DNA of 64,000 nt. It comes from an uncultured virus (IMG/VR IMGVR_UViG_3300042865_001090). Taxonomy: Duplodnaviria > Heunggongvirae > Uroviricota > Caudoviricetes. The translations under genes were made by a program, and so were the position numbers. Position 1 is the first letter of the stretch, and each line of letters opens with the position of its first letter. This document shows positions 38,458 to 46,568 of the stretch, one piece after another. The notes beneath the pieces are model-generated. The model was not told where the DNA came from, ran no database searches, and saw only the letters and a program-made list of their open reading frames with translations. Location of the stretch: the IMG/VR virus record IMGVR_UViG_3300042865_001090. One strand, written 5' to 3'.

Positions 38458-39915
38458 TTAGACCAATGTTGAAGTCAGGTTTGACTTTGTAATCTCGACC
38501 TCAATCGTGTCACCGATTGAAGAAACTCGAGCGCCAACCTTGGCCTTGATTACGCCAGTTGCCAACTGAGTAAGCGGGTTGTTTGCATTGTTCACCTGAA
38601 CTGTGTAGCCAGGGTCAAGCTGCTTACCGTTTGCATCAAACGCCTCGTACAGACCGCCAGCCAAACGGATTCTTTCCATGATGGCTGTCAGTGTTGCGCG
38701 AACTCGTGAGAATGTCGACTGTCTTCCGTCGATTGGCAAGAAGAGGAGAGCCTCAAGTGCGCTCTCTGCCTCATAGACAATCTGATTCAGAACCTCGCGA
38801 GAGATGATGAATCTAAAGTTTGCTGTGTCGTCAGAGGCGGAACGAGCTCCGTAGATTCTCGCACTGCCATTGATGATTTTAATCGCGTTGATAAAGTTCT
38901 CATCAAGGTTGTCTGAATCTGTCTTTGAGAGCGATGTCTCAAGGCCAGTCACAAATGTAGCTTCTGTTCTTTCACCTGCATAAGGGTTCCACGGACCGTA
39001 AAGATTATGTACGCGTGCTCTCTTGGCAGCAACATAACCTTCTGGTGGAACCATCATTGTGAGTGTTCCGTTTGGAATCTTTACCCATGGGTAGAAAAAC
39101 GCACCATATGGCGCATTATCGTCGCCAGTGTGATTTGCAGCCTCGGAGATTGCTGTAGCAACAGACGTGCCCTCATCGAATGATGTCAAAGCGATTCTGT
39201 TATTGGAAGCTGCGTGAGCAAATACCAAATCTCTCATTGCCTCTGCGTAGAAGCCCGGAGCAGCAACTGCACCTGGTCCAAGATTGTTGGTGAATGTGTC
39301 CAACGCATCTTCTAGGTCTGCTGCAACTAACGAGCTTCCATTTGTGCCACCAGTAAAGTTTGTTGCGGCAACAACAGCAGGAATATTCGTTGATGCACCA
39401 GTCGTGGCCGTTAAGTACAGGGCAGCTGTTGCGCTGTTATTGATTTCATTAACAGCATTTGCTGGGCTTGTGTGATTTTCTGTCGTGTAAACCAGGGTTC
39501 CGTTAACGCGAACTTTAATTCTGAAATTCACGCTCGCAGTTGGTTGCTCAACCTGAGCAGTCAATCCACCGCTGTTAGCCCAAGTGCCAGTTCCGGAGGC
39601 AAGAAGGTTTATGCATGTTGCAGCAGAGGAATCGGCAAGAGCAAGGCTTGCCTCATTGGCCGATTCATCAACGACGCGCGAAACATAAGCACGTGCGCCG
39701 CCTTCTTCGAAAAATGTTTCAATCGTCTGGTGTGTGTAACCGGATGATGTGTACCCGCCAAAAATATCTTCGAAATCCGAAAGGCTGGTAACGAGGTGCG
39801 AGGTGCCATCTGGCCCCCTCTCCGTTACTCCAGCAACAAACAACGTCGCTGTTGGCGCGGTTTGCGTATTGGTTGGACCAGTGCGGACCGCCGTTGTAAC
39901 AACTATACCTGGCAT
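38458..39915 (-). CDS. contractile tail sheath protein
   Basis: MPGIVV, GVTERGP, FFEEGG, FFYPW, PPEGYVAA, INAI, IYGARS. Confidence 0.9.
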   Translation of the reverse strand: MPGIVVTTAVRTGPTNTQTAPTATLFVAGVTERGPDGTSHLVTSLSDFEDIFGGYTSSGYTHQTIETFFEEGGARAYVSRVVDESANEASLALADSSAATCINLLASGTGTWANSGGLTAQVEQPTASVNFRIKVRVNGTLVYTTENHTSPANAVNEINNSATAALYLTATTGASTNIPAVVAATNFTGGTNGSSLVAADLEDALDTFTNNLGPGAVAAPGFYAEAMRDLVFAHAASNNRIALTSFDEGTSVATAISEAANHTGDDNAPYGAFFYPWVKIPNGTLTMMVPPEGYVAAKRARVHNLYGPWNPYAGERTEATFVTGLETSLSKTDSDNLDENFINAIKIINGSARIYGARSASDDTANFRFIISREVLNQIVYEAESALEALLFLPIDGRQSTFSRVRATLTAIMERIRLAGGLYEAFDANGKQLDPGYTVQVNNANNPLTQLATGVIKAKVGARVSSIGDTIEVEITKSNLTSTLV

Positions 39916-39981
39916 TTTTCCTCCGTCCCATTTCTTTCAGGAACTATTTCGTATGAGACTACTGAAATTATAGGTGGTTAC

Positions 39982-40344
39982 TCAAGGTGTTTGGCGTACG
40001 TTTTTGTCTGGACCCTCAAAAAGATGACTTAAGTTTTCAAGTACGTGGTCTTGGTGCGCTTCTATTTCTTTTTTGACTTTTTTGCGAGATTTTGGTTTCT
40101 CGACATGTTTTACTGCTTTTGCAGCTGGGGTTTCAACCAGGAGAACCAAACCTTTGTCAATTAAAATTAATACTTTTTCGTTGTCGGCTTTCACCAAAGC
40201 AGACGCCCGGCTTAGCAAATAGGCGTCGTTGGTTACTTTGAGCATTTTTGGGGAAAGGTTTTGAATTTGCATAAATCCTGCATATTCAACAGGTATTTCG
40301 TTTATTTTTTCCCCAAGACCAACAAAGTCGATTTCACCACTCAT
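39982..40344 (-). CDS. hypothetical protein (neck/tail region)
   Basis: In operon; Lys-rich C-terminus. Confidence 0.55.
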   Translation of the reverse strand: MSGEIDFVGLGEKINEIPVEYAGFMQIQNLSPKMLKVTNDAYLLSRASALVKADNEKVLILIDKGLVLLVETPAAKAVKHVEKPKSRKKVKKEIEAHQDHVLENLSHLFEGPDKNVRQTP

Positions 40345-40348
40345 GATT

Positions 40349-40984
40349 TTACTCGCCTATTGAAATGCTTGCCGCGTTTGTAAAATTAGAAATAAGTGCA
40401 GTTAGTGGGTTTTGACCAACAGTTAAGCCGAATTCAATAACCTCATCAGCAATATTGTCGCGAGCTATAACTTCGTCAATAGATAAGTCATACCCTATGT
40501 AGGCTCCAGCAAGAACTCGGTCGCCCTTCAACATCGTAAGGTCGGAGAACTCTTCAACCACGGTAGTTTCCTCTATGCGAGCCTCCCTCTCTGCGCCCTC
40601 CCGCTGCAGACATGGGTAATCCAAAAGAGCAGAGCGGACGACGGTGGTGAGTCTGTCTCGCATCTCGGTGGTTTCTTTTGAGCCATCGGTTCTTACCCAA
40701 ATATATGTTCTCATTGAGTAATTCACTTTATATACCGGGTCAGCCCCTATACCATACCCGACGCGATTAAACGAGCGCGTAGATATGGCAACAGTAATTA
40801 TCGTTGGCCAAGAGTCGAGAGCAACTGGCTCATATGTTAGATACTCTGCCGGGTCTGGAAGTTCATCCTCGGATAGATTCCAACCATTTCTATATCTAAT
40901 TAATCTGCGCGGAATGTCGTCGGTTAAATAGTCGTTTACGAATGACTTTGCAAATTGAGCTCCGTACATTAATTCTGCTGGCAT
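40349..40984 (-). CDS. tail terminator / completion protein
   Basis: Position upstream of sheath; WPTIITV...Y.MRTYIWVR. Confidence 0.55.
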   Translation of the reverse strand: MPAELMYGAQFAKSFVNDYLTDDIPRRLIRYRNGWNLSEDELPDPAEYLTYEPVALDSWPTIITVAISTRSFNRVGYGIGADPVYKVNYSMRTYIWVRTDGSKETTEMRDRLTTVVRSALLDYPCLQREGAEREARIEETTVVEEFSDLTMLKGDRVLAGAYIGYDLSIDEVIARDNIADEVIEFGLTVGQNPLTALISNFTNAASISIGE

Positions 40985-41445
40985 CAGAACACCTCGCCGT
41001 TTGCAATGTATGAAACAGTATCGCCGCCGAGCTTTTTGGCAAACAGCGGTGGCTCAAATACAATTTTTCTTTTTGGCATTTTTGTAGTTCCATACTGATG
41101 AAACTTTGCATATTCCACAGACGTTCCAGTAGAAAAAGATGTATTCGTCATTGTGTCAATCGAGCCGTTGGCACCAGAAAGAGATGCGAATAATTTTCCA
41201 GTCCTTATCATCGGTGGCATACCGGGGAATCGAGTCATCTTCCACGATGCATATTGAGCATCAAGCGGTCTCCACCCGCCAACCAGGAGACCATTACTTG
41301 TAAAGTTTGCAGCATTTGCCATACGCACTTCTTGTTTTGCTTTTATCAACACCGGAGTGAGCACTTGAGCGCGAGAATACATGGCCCCAAGCCTGGCAAT
41401 GGCGGACCCCATTCCCCTGGTACTTACGCCTATTTCAATGTCCAT
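40984..41445 (-). CDS. virion morphogenesis protein (P2 gpS / Mu gpG-like neck protein)
   Basis: WRPL, RTGKLFASL, GTSVEYAKFHQYGTTKMPKR. Confidence 0.8.
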   Translation of the reverse strand: MDIEIGVSTRGMGSAIARLGAMYSRAQVLTPVLIKAKQEVRMANAANFTSNGLLVGGWRPLDAQYASWKMTRFPGMPPMIRTGKLFASLSGANGSIDTMTNTSFSTGTSVEYAKFHQYGTTKMPKRKIVFEPPLFAKKLGGDTVSYIANGEVF

Positions 41446-42299
41446 TAAATGCGTCGCCTTCTCCACCTACGTAGAGCAAGAAGTTCTCTCTCTGAAAAAC
41501 CAGTTTCAAGAGGGGCAACATTTCTTGTCGTTAAGTCTTTAACTCCAACAACGTCATCGTGCATATTTTGCATTTCTCTTGTGGCAGCACGAAGAATAAA
41601 TAGTTTAAACATCTGAATCGCTTCACCATCAAGGCCGCCGGTGTAGACAATTTCAACAACGTCGTTAGGAAAACCTCTGTACAACTCAATTCCGTATCTA
41701 TGAACTGTGTAGTCGTTTCCGGTTGCAGTTACGGTTCCGCCAGATACATAAGCGGACAACCCGCTCTGATAACCGCCAACAGAAAAAGTTGTACTTGTTA
41801 CTGCGGTAATTTCAAATGAAGATTTATTGTATGAGTTTGGAGTTACTCCTGTAACAACAACTCTCTGACCCTTCGTGAAAGTATTTGCAGCGCTAAATGT
41901 GACCACCGTTCCAGACTGTGATGCACCGGTTATTGTCGCTGTACGCATCTTTGCTTCGGCCATGAATATTGGCACTTGTGAAAGATTTCCAATCGAAACA
42001 CTTTTTACGGTTACGACAGGTGTGTTTCTTAAGCTAAGAACAATCGAAGGCTGAATATAGTTCAATCCACTATCCGTAGTGTCCAGCGATTGGTCGTAGA
42101 AAAAAGAAGTGGCTGGAACTCCTTGAAAATAACTTGGTATTACATGTTGCTCCGTATGCTCGGCAACTTCTACCGGCCTACGCAAAAAAGCCTCAAGCTC
42201 ACTCTGGAGACCATTCAGCACAAATTCAGCAGCATCAAGTTGCCGCAAACTGAACTTAACGTCCATATAGATTGCTAAATCAGAAGCCGTAACAAGCAT
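41445..42299 (-). CDS. head-tail connector/adaptor with an inserted beta-rich domain
   Basis: LVTASDL, ELEAFLRR, VEIVYTGG, FSEREL..L..WRR. Confidence 0.7.
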   Translation of the reverse strand: MLVTASDLAIYMDVKFSLRQLDAAEFVLNGLQSELEAFLRRPVEVAEHTEQHVIPSYFQGVPATSFFYDQSLDTTDSGLNYIQPSIVLSLRNTPVVTVKSVSIGNLSQVPIFMAEAKMRTATITGASQSGTVVTFSAANTFTKGQRVVVTGVTPNSYNKSSFEITAVTSTTFSVGGYQSGLSAYVSGGTVTATGNDYTVHRYGIELYRGFPNDVVEIVYTGGLDGEAIQMFKLFILRAATREMQNMHDDVVGVKDLTTRNVAPLETGFSERELLALRRWRRRRI

Positions 42300-42306
42300 T
42301 AAGACC

Positions 42307-42522
42307 TCACGTAGCTCTTGCCAGATTCAGCCTTCGTCTTTCCCTCAAAAGCGCTCGACCGGTGCCGGACTGCGTTGTTCTTTGACCAGACACGGCGTCA
42401 GCAAGACGATTCAAGCCGTAGGCTGTGGCCCGACGCCACCATGCAGGACGATTACCTCCGGTTATCGGATTTCTTCTTGTCAATGCACCGATTTCTCTAT
42501 CTCTGACGGTGTTCTGTTCCAT
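42307..42522 (-). CDS. small basic hypothetical protein
   Basis: GAGG SD, TAAACT -10 upstream; Arg-rich. Confidence 0.55.
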   Translation of the reverse strand: MEQNTVRDREIGALTRRNPITGGNRPAWWRRATAYGLNRLADAVSGQRTTQSGTGRALLRERRRLNLARAT

Positions 42523-42574
42523 GGCTACCTCTTCAGCGTTTGACTAAAGTTTACACCATTGGATTCTAGGTGTG

Positions 42575-43129
42575 TCAACGGTCCTGATTTGGTGGCTTCT
42601 CTAACACGATTTTGTCAGATGATTTTGCAGGTGCTTCGATTGGAACCCACGCACTCGAGTAGACGTGCTCTTTAACCTTGCGCATTTTAACCAGTGAACC
42701 GTCGAGCATCATGTCGGATTCCTGAACGGTCATATTGAAAATCTCGTCTAGTTCATCCATCGAATAAACTCTACTTTGATGTATCTTCTTGACAATGTCG
42801 GACATCCGTTTTGCAACAACCGAACCGCGACCTCGATTTATTTGGACGTGAAGAATCATCGCGTCCAAATCTGATACGTCCAATTCGACGCAGGTGATTG
42901 ATTTTGAGTACCGCTTGGCTAGCGCCTTGGATTGAGATATTGCAATCACTCTTTGATGGCCATCAATTATCACGTTTGATTTTTTCTGCACAATGATTGG
43001 GCTTAAAAGTCCGTATTTTTCGATTGAAGAAATAAGCACTTTAAGGTCAGGCTTGAGAATATAATTTGCCCTCCATGTAGCCGGCTTCAGCAAAGAAGGA
43101 TTAATTAAAGATGTTTCTGTGTTATTCAC
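42575..43129 (-). CDS. ParB/Srx N-terminal domain protein (IbrB-like)
   Basis: SIEKYGLLSPIIV, IIDGHQR, INRGRG. Confidence 0.8.
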   Translation of the reverse strand: MNNTETSLINPSLLKPATWRANYILKPDLKVLISSIEKYGLLSPIIVQKKSNVIIDGHQRVIAISQSKALAKRYSKSITCVELDVSDLDAMILHVQINRGRGSVVAKRMSDIVKKIHQSRVYSMDELDEIFNMTVQESDMMLDGSLVKMRKVKEHVYSSAWVPIEAPAKSSDKIVLEKPPNQDR

Positions 43130-43131
43130 TT

Positions 43132-43482
43132 CTAAACCTGGGCGCGGACATTGGCGTTGAGGGTTCGCAAGGCATCAATACTCGTCCTGAGTGAAAGAAG
43201 TTTTTCTCGCTTTGCCCTAACTAGTGCTTCCGCGATTTCGTAATCCTCTTTCATTTGTTCCATCTTGTAATGAGACCATTGCTCTCTGTCGGTGATTGTT
43301 CTGTGCCCCTTGCCAGCAGCTCCTAGATATTCTTTTGCCCATTCCGCCTTGTACCTGGCGTCTTTTTTTGCAGCGTCCACGGCGAGTATTTCAAAGTTTT
43401 CAGTTTCTTTTTCGAGCAGGTCGAGCAGTCTCATCATTTCTCGTTCAATGTCCACCTGGCTGATTGGTTGACTTCTATTCAT
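43132..43482 (-). CDS. helical hypothetical protein
   Basis: Coiled-coil pattern, DALRTLNANVR C-terminus. Confidence 0.6.
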   Translation of the reverse strand: MNRSQPISQVDIEREMMRLLDLLEKETENFEILAVDAAKKDARYKAEWAKEYLGAAGKGHRTITDREQWSHYKMEQMKEDYEIAEALVRAKREKLLSLRTSIDALRTLNANVRAQV

Positions 43483-44005
43483 TTTCTATCCCTTCGAGTG
43501 GGGACCAGTCTATCTTCTCTAGCGCCGAGAGAGAAATGTTTGACCACTTATATTTTGCATTTCCAATTTTTGCCAAAACCATTTCTTCAAGAACCCACGC
43601 ATCGCACATATCATCAGCATGCCCCCCTTTCCAAACTATTCCCGTAATAGCTGATATTGCAGATATGACTTCTGACTTGCCAGCGTTCCCTTTGCCTGTG
43701 GCAAATTTTGCTCGACAAGTAGGAGGCACGATTATGTATGGAATATCAAGATTTAGCAAGGCAACCCTGACAACACCGCCAAGCTCCCCAATTGAGTGAG
43801 CCTGAGAATTTCTTGATGCAAAAGAATAACCCTCTATGGCTACCAATTGTATTTTGTTGGAAACCGCAATATTGCCAATTTCGCTGGCTATTTTCCTCAA
43901 TCTTTCAGCTCCAGATAAATCAAAAGAAAGATAACCAGCTTCTCCAGCATGGCAATACCCAGTGGATGTAAGTGATAGGTCGAGACCTAGGATGTTCATG
44001 GGCAC
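43475..44005 (-). CDS. ruvC: RuvC-like Holliday junction resolvase
   Basis: ILGLDLSLTSTG, VAIEG, ELGGVVR, KFATGKGNAGK, DDMCDA catalytic pattern. Confidence 0.85.
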   Translation of the reverse strand: MPMNILGLDLSLTSTGYCHAGEAGYLSFDLSGAERLRKIASEIGNIAVSNKIQLVAIEGYSFASRNSQAHSIGELGGVVRVALLNLDIPYIIVPPTCRAKFATGKGNAGKSEVISAISAITGIVWKGGHADDMCDAWVLEEMVLAKIGNAKYKWSNISLSALEKIDWSPLEGIENE

Positions 44006-44022
44006 GCAAAACTCTACCCCAC

Positions 44023-44055
44023 AAACAAAGACCCGCCGGGTGTAATCCCGACGGG
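44023..44055 (-). terminator. intrinsic terminator of RNA B
   Basis: CCCGUCGGG-AUUACA-CCCGGCGGG followed by UCUUUGUUU. Confidence 0.7.
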
Positions 44056-44149
44056 AATTAACACAGACAGACGTCCATGTCTACTTTGCGTAGTTATTCA
44101 CCACTAGACCTTGGACCACCTGCCTTTCTTTTCTCAGAAACGGCTGTAA
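44023..44149 (-). ncRNA. predicted structured small RNA B containing a complement of the 16S rRNA 3' tail
   Basis: TGnTACTCT extended -10 at 44156-44164; AGAAAGGCAGGUGGUCCA (44112-44129); long stem AGGCAGGU(G)GUCCA / UGGACGUCUGUCU with inner GUCUA/UAGAC and GUGGU/ACUAC; own terminator. Confidence 0.6.
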
Positions 44150-44208
44150 GACCTTAGAGTACCATTACAAAATTATTAGCTCAGGTAAAGAGATGTTGGC
44201 GCGCACAT

Positions 44209-44269
44209 AAAAAAAGAGACGCAAGAACCGGGGGCTGCACGTTGCCCTGTGCCCCCGGCCCTCGCGCCT
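44209..44269 (-). terminator. long GC-rich hairpin plus U7 (terminator/scaffold of RNA A)
   Basis: AGGCGCGAGGGCCGGGGGC pairs with GCCCCCGGUUCUUGCGUCU; the G.U pairs work only on the minus strand. Confidence 0.75.
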
Positions 44270-44286
44270 ATAACGGTCCTAAGGAT
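44209..44286 (-). ncRNA. predicted small RNA A with a 5' segment antisense to 23S rRNA helix 69/70
   Basis: TAGAAT -10 at 44291-44296; 5' CCUUAGGACCGUUAUAG (44268-44284); 19-bp stem with 4 G.U pairs (44217-44269); U7 tail. Confidence 0.7.
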
Positions 44287-44336
44287 ATTAATTCTACAAC
44301 TGAAATGTCTTTCGTGTTGTAAACGCAAGTAATGTT

Positions 44337-44639
44337 TTAACGTTCCCAGCCGTGCTTGGCTAAACCTAAATCAAAAGCAAGCTGCGGATAGTTTCCAATT
44401 CGATTGTGACATGGCCTGCATACCGCAAGAAGATTTTCCTCATCGAGTATCGACCCACCCTGAGAGCGTCTAATTATTTCGTGAATGTCGCAACTTCTGT
44501 TACGAACATATGTCAACTTCTCGTCATGTTCAGCAAATACAGGACACGCTTCGCAAAATGGTTTTTTTGACAAAAGTTTTTCTACGAGCGGGCGCCTCAG
44601 CAAATACTCTTCTTGTTTCTTTTTTGAACGATATTTCAC
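44337..44639 (-). CDS. small zinc-binding HNH endonuclease-like protein
   Basis: CEAC...DIHEIIRRSQGG...ENLLAVCRPCHNRI. Confidence 0.8.
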   Translation of the reverse strand: MKYRSKKKQEEYLLRRPLVEKLLSKKPFCEACPVFAEHDEKLTYVRNRSCDIHEIIRRSQGGSILDEENLLAVCRPCHNRIGNYPQLAFDLGLAKHGWER

Positions 44640-45121
44640 TCAGGAGATGTTACATCGTCGAACTGCCATTTATTTTCTAACGATGCCCACAGGGCGACAT
44701 CGATGTCGGTTGGCTCCATGTCGAACTCATCCATTAGTGACTTGTGCTTCAAGATTGCTGACTCAAGGAAATTGGCACGAGAGAGTGCGCCCTCGTCTTC
44801 GCCCAAGGAGACAACGTAATCGAGACGCTTGTTAACAAAGAACCTGAAGCGTTCAATTTTTGCTAGCCTGCCGTCGTAAGATTGCATTGCTTCGGCTAGC
44901 AGTACCGTGCCGTCGGAACCCAAATCCGCGTATCTCTGGGAATCAAGTTCTTTATCGTCTTTGATGTCAGCAATTTGCTCATCAAGGTTCCGCACCAGCG
45001 CGAGAAGGGCTCGCTTCCAACGCTCGCGATTTTGGGGCAAATGAATGTATTCGCTCTGTGTGTCTGATACTCGGTTTTTAACATCCTCTGCAACAAGGCG
45101 AGCAAACATATCATCATTCAT
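44636..45121 (-). CDS. helical hypothetical protein
   Basis: Start reassigned to MNDDMFARL, overlapping the upstream stop. Confidence 0.6.
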   Translation of the reverse strand: MNDDMFARLVAEDVKNRVSDTQSEYIHLPQNRERWKRALLALVRNLDEQIADIKDDKELDSQRYADLGSDGTVLLAEAMQSYDGRLAKIERFRFFVNKRLDYVVSLGEDEGALSRANFLESAILKHKSLMDEFDMEPTDIDVALWASLENKWQFDDVTSPE

Positions 45122-45899
45122 CTTTTGGGTTCCAATATGTACAGAGATTTGTTTTGAAGTGGCACCAATTGCAGAGGTTTGATGGAATTGCTGTCCATGT
45201 TGAATTGTCATATGAATTTACTATCTCCTTCTTTGTTGTTGTTATTGTATTTCTTGTGCTTACAAAATCATCTGCCGTTGGCAAATGTTTTTTCGCAACA
45301 CCATCTTTTAGGTATAAAAGCTCCAGATTGAATGATTTCTTATTCTCTAGTTCGGCAAGAAGAATCGCGTACAGGCTGAGCTGAAACCATTTATCCGCCA
45401 TGTACTTGGGTGCTGGGGTTTTCCCCGTTTTGTAGTCCGTGATTGTCACAACCCCATCGATTTCCGTCCACCTGTCGATGAATCCCTTAATAAGAACGCC
45501 ATCTATCTCGCCAAGGACTTCGTATTCAATACCAGAAGGCTGAACCAGAGACGGGTTTTCAAGAAGGAAAATGTTCTCCACGCACCACCATGCGCTCCAT
45601 CGAAAATCGTTGATTGGCGTTCTCTTCAGATAAGGGGCAACCCTGTCTGCCCAACCGCCACTGGACCATACGTGAGTACATGCGTGTCGAGCAGACACAA
45701 CAGTCCTCTCTTCCGGCTGATAGGCGGCGTAGAAATGCTCCAGCACATCGTGTACGAAATTTCCCAACAATGTCTGCATCGTTGGCGGCTCTTGAATTTT
45801 GTCGACACGAGACAGCTTAAACTTCAGCGGACACTGAATGTACGTTTGAATTGACGAAGCTGAAAGGTGTGCTGGAAGCTCTGGTTTTACATCGCTCAC
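45114..45899 (-). CDS. PD-(D/E)XK exonuclease (RecB/Cas4-like)
   Basis: LSASSI..Y..CP, GNFVHDVLE, GFIDR, ITDYKTGK, QLSLY, CNWC...C; GTG start overlapping the Sak stop. Confidence 0.85.
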   Translation of the reverse strand: MSDVKPELPAHLSASSIQTYIQCPLKFKLSRVDKIQEPPTMQTLLGNFVHDVLEHFYAAYQPEERTVVSARHACTHVWSSGGWADRVAPYLKRTPINDFRWSAWWCVENIFLLENPSLVQPSGIEYEVLGEIDGVLIKGFIDRWTEIDGVVTITDYKTGKTPAPKYMADKWFQLSLYAILLAELENKKSFNLELLYLKDGVAKKHLPTADDFVSTRNTITTTKKEIVNSYDNSTWTAIPSNLCNWCHFKTNLCTYWNPKDE

Positions 45900-46567
45900 T
45901 TGGCAGGCGCTTCTATGATTGTCCCACCAAATGTTAAACGAGTTGCTTCTGTAAGGAGAAAATTTGCCTGTTCTTCGGTAACGGTGTCTTTTGTGGGTGT
46001 TGGCTTGCCGTCGCTCCACTGTGTCCACGCAGAACGCAACTGTTCCTTTTGGTCTTTGCTCAAACCCTTACTTACAGACATGAAGCTTTCCCAGGTCATC
46101 TTTGATGGCGAGGGTGGCTCCGAGGCAGTAACCATCTCGGCCTCCATTACCTGTTCGATTTCGATTGCGTCGTCAGTACGAGATAAGTACAAACCGACAC
46201 CAAGGCTTTGGGCTGCTTTCTTGAACGCGTTTGACTCTGCGCTCTTGTACGCATCGCCAAGGTCGACAATCTGACCTTGCTTGGTGCGCATAATCTTTGC
46301 TGCATCAATTCCATCGCGAGATACGGCTGGGTGCTCATCCGTTGCAAGCCAAGTAATGCGGACATGAGCCATAATCCAGTCAGTATCAATTGCGTCGCGT
46401 TCACACTTGATTACCTTGCGCGACCACTTCCCAACACCGAGAACCTTATTGAGACGGTTGGTTACTTCGGTAACTGGGATGTATAGAAGATTCGTTCCAC
46501 TTTTATTAACTGAACGCACCATCTCTGGTGGGAACGACTCTGATAGTTGTTGGTATATGTCTGACAT
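45896..46567 (-). CDS. Rad52/Sak-like single-strand annealing protein
   Basis: LLYIP...VTNRLNKVLG..W, AYKSAESNAFKKAAQSLGVGLYL. Confidence 0.85.
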   Translation of the reverse strand: MSDIYQQLSESFPPEMVRSVNKSGTNLLYIPVTEVTNRLNKVLGVGKWSRKVIKCERDAIDTDWIMAHVRITWLATDEHPAVSRDGIDAAKIMRTKQGQIVDLGDAYKSAESNAFKKAAQSLGVGLYLSRTDDAIEIEQVMEAEMVTASEPPSPSKMTWESFMSVSKGLSKDQKEQLRSAWTQWSDGKPTPTKDTVTEEQANFLLTEATRLTFGGTIIEAPAK

Positions 46568-46568
46568 T

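Noticed and set aside
44230..44256. SRP RNA helix-8-like loop (CAGG-GCAA-...GCAG) in RNA A
   Set aside because: It lacks the AGCAG consensus and the inner stem is too short; the resemblance is weak, and an Infernal search would settle it
44268..44284. rRNA gene or rRNA fragment
   Set aside because: Only 17 nt match and the flanks do not continue the 23S sequence; the structured strand is the antisense one
45114..45899. Cas4 as evidence of a CRISPR-Cas locus
   Set aside because: No other cas genes or array; adjacency to Sak fits a phage recombination exonuclease
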